This document shows positions 59,201-64,000 of a stretch of DNA of 64,000 nucleotides, piece by piece; position 1 is the stretch's first letter, and each line of letters opens with the position of its first letter. This DNA is from Somniosus microcephalus. Its lineage: Eukaryota. The DNA lies in NCBI GenBank assembly GCA_052327205.1, contig CM126232.1, positions 13,206,001 to 13,270,000 of the forward strand. Reading direction: 5' to 3'. The notes below the pieces were generated by a model, which worked only from the letters and a program-made list of their open reading frames with translations, was not told where the DNA came from and made no database searches. Position numbers and translations under genes: made by a program.

Positions 59201-61422
59201 AGTTTCTGCCAAATTTATCCACGGTGCTGCACCCGCTGAACGCTCTTTTACAGAAGGGAGTACCATGGAAGTGGAGCGAGGACTGTAAGAGGGCCTTTCG
59301 CAAAAGCAAGGCATCGATCACCTCAGAGGAAGTGTTGGCTCACTTCAACCCAACGCTGCCTATTCGTTTGGCTTGTGATGCTTCTCCATATGGTATTGGG
59401 GCAGTACTCTCACACAAGTTGCCAAATGGCCTGGAGAGGCCAGTCGCGTTCGCATCCAGATCATTGACCTCCGCTGAGCGCAACTATGCTCAGATAGATA
59501 GGGAGGCTCTCGGCCTTGTGTGGGGAGTAAAGAAGTTTAATCATTACCTGCAGGGCCAAAAGTTCACGCTTCTGACAGACCACCAGCCGTTGGTATCCAT
59601 TTTTAACCCTAAGAAGGGTGTTTCGGTGATGACAGCACAGAGACTCCAGAGATGGTCCCTTTTCCTAGGGGCACATCAATATCAGATTGAATTCAAAGGT
59701 ACAAAGCAGCATGGTAATGCTGATGGGCTGTCGCGCCTGCCACTACCTACAGAGGAGGAGGCACCGACGGTTGACCCTGTTGAGTTATTTCACTCGACCA
59801 TCATCGAATGTTTACCAGTCACCAATGCAAGTATTGAAAGAGAAACCAGGAACGACCCGACACTGTCCCGGGTCTACGAAGTGACAGTGAAGGGATGGCC
59901 AGCACATGGTGATCCACTGTTACCGGCATTCTCAGCAAGACGAGAACAGCTGTCCGTCTGTCAAGGAACATTGATGTATGGAACAAGGGTGATTATTCCT
60001 CCTAAGTTAAGAGAGTGAGTTCTAAAGGAACTGCATGAAGGTCATCTGGGGGGAGTCAAGATGAAAAGCCTTGCTAGGGCTTATGTGTGGTGGCCGGGTA
60101 TCGACCAACAGATAGAGGATCTGACGAAAAGCTGCTCAGGGTGCCAAAAAGTGCAAAATGCACCTCCGATTGCACCGCTGCATCCATGGGAATGGCCTTC
60201 AACCCCATGGCAACGTGTACATATTGACTTTGCTGGTCCATTCATGGACTCCATGTTTTTAATTGCGGTGGACGCACATTCTAAATGGCCAGAAGTGATT
60301 AAGATGACTACCACTACCTCGGAAAAGACGATCGCGGTGCTAAGAACGATATTTGCAAGAAATGGATTGCCAGAACAAATATGTTCAGATAACGGACCGC
60401 AGTTCGTGTCAGAAGAATTCCAGAAATTCATGAAGAAGAATGGGGCGAAACATTATACCTCTGCCCCATATCATCCGGCTACAAACGGGTTGGCCGAGAG
60501 ATTTATACAAACGTTCAAAAAAGCAGTAAAGGCCATGAGCAAAGATCAGATTCCACTACAACACAAGGTGGACAAATTCCTACTGGCATATCGAAACGCC
60601 ACTCATGCAGTGACAAACCAAAGTCCTGCCATGATGTTCTATAACAGGAGGTTGCGGTCCAGGTTGGACTTGTTAAAACCAAATGTGCGGAGGGAAGTTG
60701 AAAACAAACAGTTCCAGCATATAAATAACAAGACCACTCGGAGTTTCGAAATAGGACAACCAGTGTTAGCCCGGGACTATAAAAACGAGAAATGGCAATC
60801 TGGAACAATTCGGGCCAGACAAGGACCCCTGATGTACATGGTAGATATTGGTGAAAATGTAATACGGCGTCATGCTGACCAACTGGTAGAATCGAGTACA
60901 AGGGTCGAACCCATGGTTACGGCAGAGACAACCGTGGAAGAAGTTAGTGAACCTGAAGCATCTACCTCAGAAGTGAATGTACCTGATGATGATGTCCAAT
61001 CCATAAGAGACCAACTAGATGAGTCAACCCAGCAACGAGAACCAGAGACCCCTGAAAGGCGTTATCCAACTCGAATCAGGAGGCCTCCTCAGAGACTGAA
61101 TCTTTGAACTGTTTTGCATGAAGTTGTGTATATATATATATATATATGTTCTTATGTTCTAACTGTTAAGCTAAAAAGGGAGGATTGTGGTGTGTGTAAC
61201 ATGTTCCACCTTAAGAGAACTACCTTAAGAGATGTACTACTTTCTCTTGGCTGCTGTATACTGTAATACCGGTGGTGACCACACCGGTATATAAGTGTTG
61301 TGTAGGGATTTGCTGGGCAGTTCAGCCCTGACCTCCGAATAGTAAAGACCTGTTAAAAGTTATTCTTGTTGTCTGTGTCCAGTGATTGATCCTAAACATA
61401 ACTGGGACACACAGACTCAACA
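56246..61422 (+). mobile_element. Ty3/Gypsy (Mag-like) LTR retrotransposon, full length, nearly intact
   Basis: 237-bp LTRs 56246-56482 and 61186-61422 (TG...CA, 4 mismatches), TSD ATATC, PBS TGGCGATGAG at 56484, PPT aaaaagggagga at 61173-61184. Confidence 0.98.
57156..61107 (+). pseudogene. gag-pol of Gypsy element 2 with one frameshift and one stop
   Basis: CCHC x2, LDTGS, YLDD, RNase H, HHCC, DDE (HIDFAG, SDNG, LAERF). Frameshift at ~58407 and TGA at 60016-60018. Confidence 0.95.
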
Positions 61423-61439
61423 ATATCCAAGGCCAATAT

Positions 61440-61735
61440 CTTGGTCAGAGGTAGGTTTTAAAGGGGGTGCGATGGAGAGGTTTAGGGAGGGAATTCCAGA
61501 GCTTAGGACCTAGGCAGCTGAAGACACGGTCCACCAACGGTGGGGCGATGAAAATCGGGGATGCGCAAGAGGTCAGAATTGGAGGAGCGCAGAGATCTCG
61601 GAGGGCTGGAGGTGGTTACAAAGATGGGGAAGGGGCGAGGCAAGGCCATGGAGTGATTTGAAGGTGAGGTAGAGAATTTTAAAACTGAGGCATTGCCAGA
61701 CCAGGAGCCAGTGTAGGTCAGTGAACACGGGGTGA
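61440..61735 (-). mobile_element. L2 3' fragment
   Basis: TDLHWLLVWQCLSFKILYLTFKSLHGLA on the - strand. Confidence 0.75.
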
Positions 61736-62379
61736 AAAGCTTTCTGAAACTCCAGGTAGATAGCGGACTGATTTCTCAGTCTGCCAAGCCAGTTAGCCCA
61801 GACTGACCTCCACTTGCTAAATACTCCCCAGTAACGTTCTGGCTTTTCCAAGTGTTCACACTAACCCCCCCCACACACCAACCAATCCCCCAGCTCGATC
61901 TCAAAAATTATTCCGAAGACTTTCCCCGCCACTGACATTAAGCTCACCGCTCTATAGTTTGGGTCAAACGTTCCCTAATTTCAGTCTCCCAGCCCTCAGA
62001 CTCCTAGCTGCCGGTTGTTTGTGTCCCTAACCACATCCTTCCTTATTTTTTTTTATATATACTTTGGCTCCATTCTTCGAGTTCTGGCAGATTTCATCAG
62101 CTCTTCCCCTCCTCAGAGAGAGGTAGGGTGTGCAGTAACCGGGAGTGACCTGGTTTATTTATTTGGTGCTTCCAGCCACAGCGTGCTTGAATGTCAGGAG
62201 AAATCTACGGTGCATGTCTGTTCTGATCACCGCTGCTTTCCCGCCTCATTCACCCCCAGGAAAGTAGCTCACTGACCAGCACTACAGGAGCAGACGTAAC
62301 TCACTCAGGTGTCGTTATATAATAAAAAGGTCAAGTGTTTACAGGAGCCCCCGACAGCTCTCCCACCGCGCAACACCCT

Positions 62380-63815
62380 CCCTAGTTACCGGGGCCTCTC
62401 TCCCCCTCCCTCGTTACCAGAGGCCTCTCTCCCCCACCCTCGTTACCCGAGGCCTCTCTCCCCCACCCTCGTTACCCGGGGCCTCTCTCCCCAACCCTCG
62501 TTACCCGGGGCCTCTCTCCCCCACCCTCGTTACCCGAGGCCTCTCTCCCCCTCCCTCGTTACCCGAGGCCTCTCTCCCCCTCCCTCGTTACCAGGGGCCT
62601 CTCTCCCCCTCCCTCGTTACCGGGGCCTCTCTCCCCCTCCCTCGTTACCGGGGCCTCTCTTCCCCACCCTCGTTACCCGGGGCTCTCTCCCCCACCCTCG
62701 TTACCCGGGGCCCATCGCCCCCACCCTCATTACCCGGGGCCTCTCTCCCCCTCCCTCGTTACCCGGGGCCTCTCTCCCCCTCCCTCGTTACCCGGGGCCT
62801 CTCTCCCCCCCCACCCTCGTTACCGGGGCCTCTCTCCCCCACCCCCACCCCCCTTCATTACCCTGGCGTCTCTCCCCCAACCTCGTTACCGGGCCTCCCC
62901 CCCCCCACCCTCGTTACCGGGGCCTCTCTCCCCCCCCCAACCCCCTTGTTACCAGGGCCTCTCTCCTCCCACCCTAGTTACCGGGGCCTCTCTCCCCCCC
63001 CACCCTCGTTACCGGGGCCTCCCACCCTCACCCTAGTTACCGGGGCCTCCCACCCCCACCCTAGTTACCGGGGCCTCTCTCCCCCTCCCTCGTTACCGGG
63101 GCCTCTCTCCCCCATGCCCCCCTCATTACCGGGGCCTCCCTCCCCCCCCTCGTTACCGGTGCCTCTCCCCCACCCTAGTTACCGGGGCCTCCCTCCCCCA
63201 ACCTAGTTACCGGGGCCTCTCGCCCCCTCCCTAGTTACGGGGGCCTCTCTCCCCCTCCCTAGTTACGGGGGCCTCTCTCCCCCTCCCTAGTTACGGGGGC
63301 CTCTCTCCCCCTCCCTCGTTACCGGGGCCTCTCTCCCCCACCCTCACTACCGGGGCCTCTCTCCCCCACCCCCCCCTCGTTACCAGGGCCTCCCTCCCTC
63401 GTTACCGGGGCCTCTCCCCCACCCTAGTTACCAGGGCCTCTCTCCCCCACCCTCACTACCGGGGCCTCTTTCCCCCAGCCCCCCCTCGTTACCAGGGCCT
63501 CCCACCACCCCCCTCGTTACCCGGGGCCTCTCTTCACCACCCCCCCTCATTACCCGGGGCCTCTCTTCACCACCCCCCCCCCTCGTTCCCCAGGGCCTCT
63601 CTTCACCACCCACCCCCCTCATTACCCGGGGCCTCTCTTCACCACGCCCCCCCCCTCGTTACCCGGGGCCTCTCTTCACCTCCCCCCCCGCCCCCCCCCT
63701 CGTTACCCGGGGCCTCTCCCCCGCCCTCGTTACCCGGGGCCTCTCCCCCATCCCCACCCTCGTTACCCGGGGCCTCTCCCCCACCCTCGTTACCCGGGGC
63801 CTCTCTCTCTCTCTC
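62380..63815. repeat. C-rich minisatellite (~30-35 bp unit)
   Basis: ccctcgttaccggggcctctctcccc core with variable C-runs. Confidence 0.95.
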
Positions 63816-64000
63816 TCTCTCCCCCACCCTCGTTCTCTCTCCATCTGTCCCCCCATTACCAGGGCCTTTCTTCCCACCCTACCTCCTTCATGAGAAATAT
63901 CAGGGAAGGCCAAAATGGAGAAACTATTTGATTTTTTCATCGTTCTAATGTCAGGCACTGGAGGGGTTGCTGGTTTGGCGTCACTGGGTGACCCTGAAAC

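Noticed and set aside
62309-63958. Pro-rich extensin-like ORFs
   Set aside because: Translation of the C-rich minisatellite.

Overview
Eukaryotic DNA, almost certainly from a cartilaginous fish (shark or ray), judging by tRNA-headed DeuSINE/SacSINE1-type SINEs, CR1/HER1-like and L2 LINEs, and shark-type Penelope pLTRs. Most of the window is repeats. The only host gene I recognise is LPAR2 (lysophosphatidic acid receptor 2). Its main coding exon is on the - strand (37261-38032) but its last coding exon is on the + strand (21197-21441), with two assembly gaps between them. The last exon also looks frameshifted by 1 nt just before a PDZ-type -DNSTV tail. The window holds two full-length but mutated Mag-type Gypsy LTR retrotransposons with 5-bp TSDs (10633-15739 -, 56246-61422 +) and a related solo LTR. 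It also holds Tc1/mariner (Tigger-like), hAT-like and Harbinger-like MITEs, several Penelope-derived insertions carrying type I hammerhead ribozyme motifs, and long G-rich minisatellites. The most interesting observations are: the LPAR2 strand discordance and C-terminal frameshift; a TSD-bounded 427-bp mini-Penelope with two tandem hammerhead motifs (retrozyme-like); inverted pLTRs bracketing the LPAR2 exon; a MITE packed with consecutive hairpins behind an intact intron signature; and a 42-bp YY1-like repeat in the leaders of both Gypsy families. No database searches or folding were run. All calls are by eye, and boundaries of degraded repeats are approximate.
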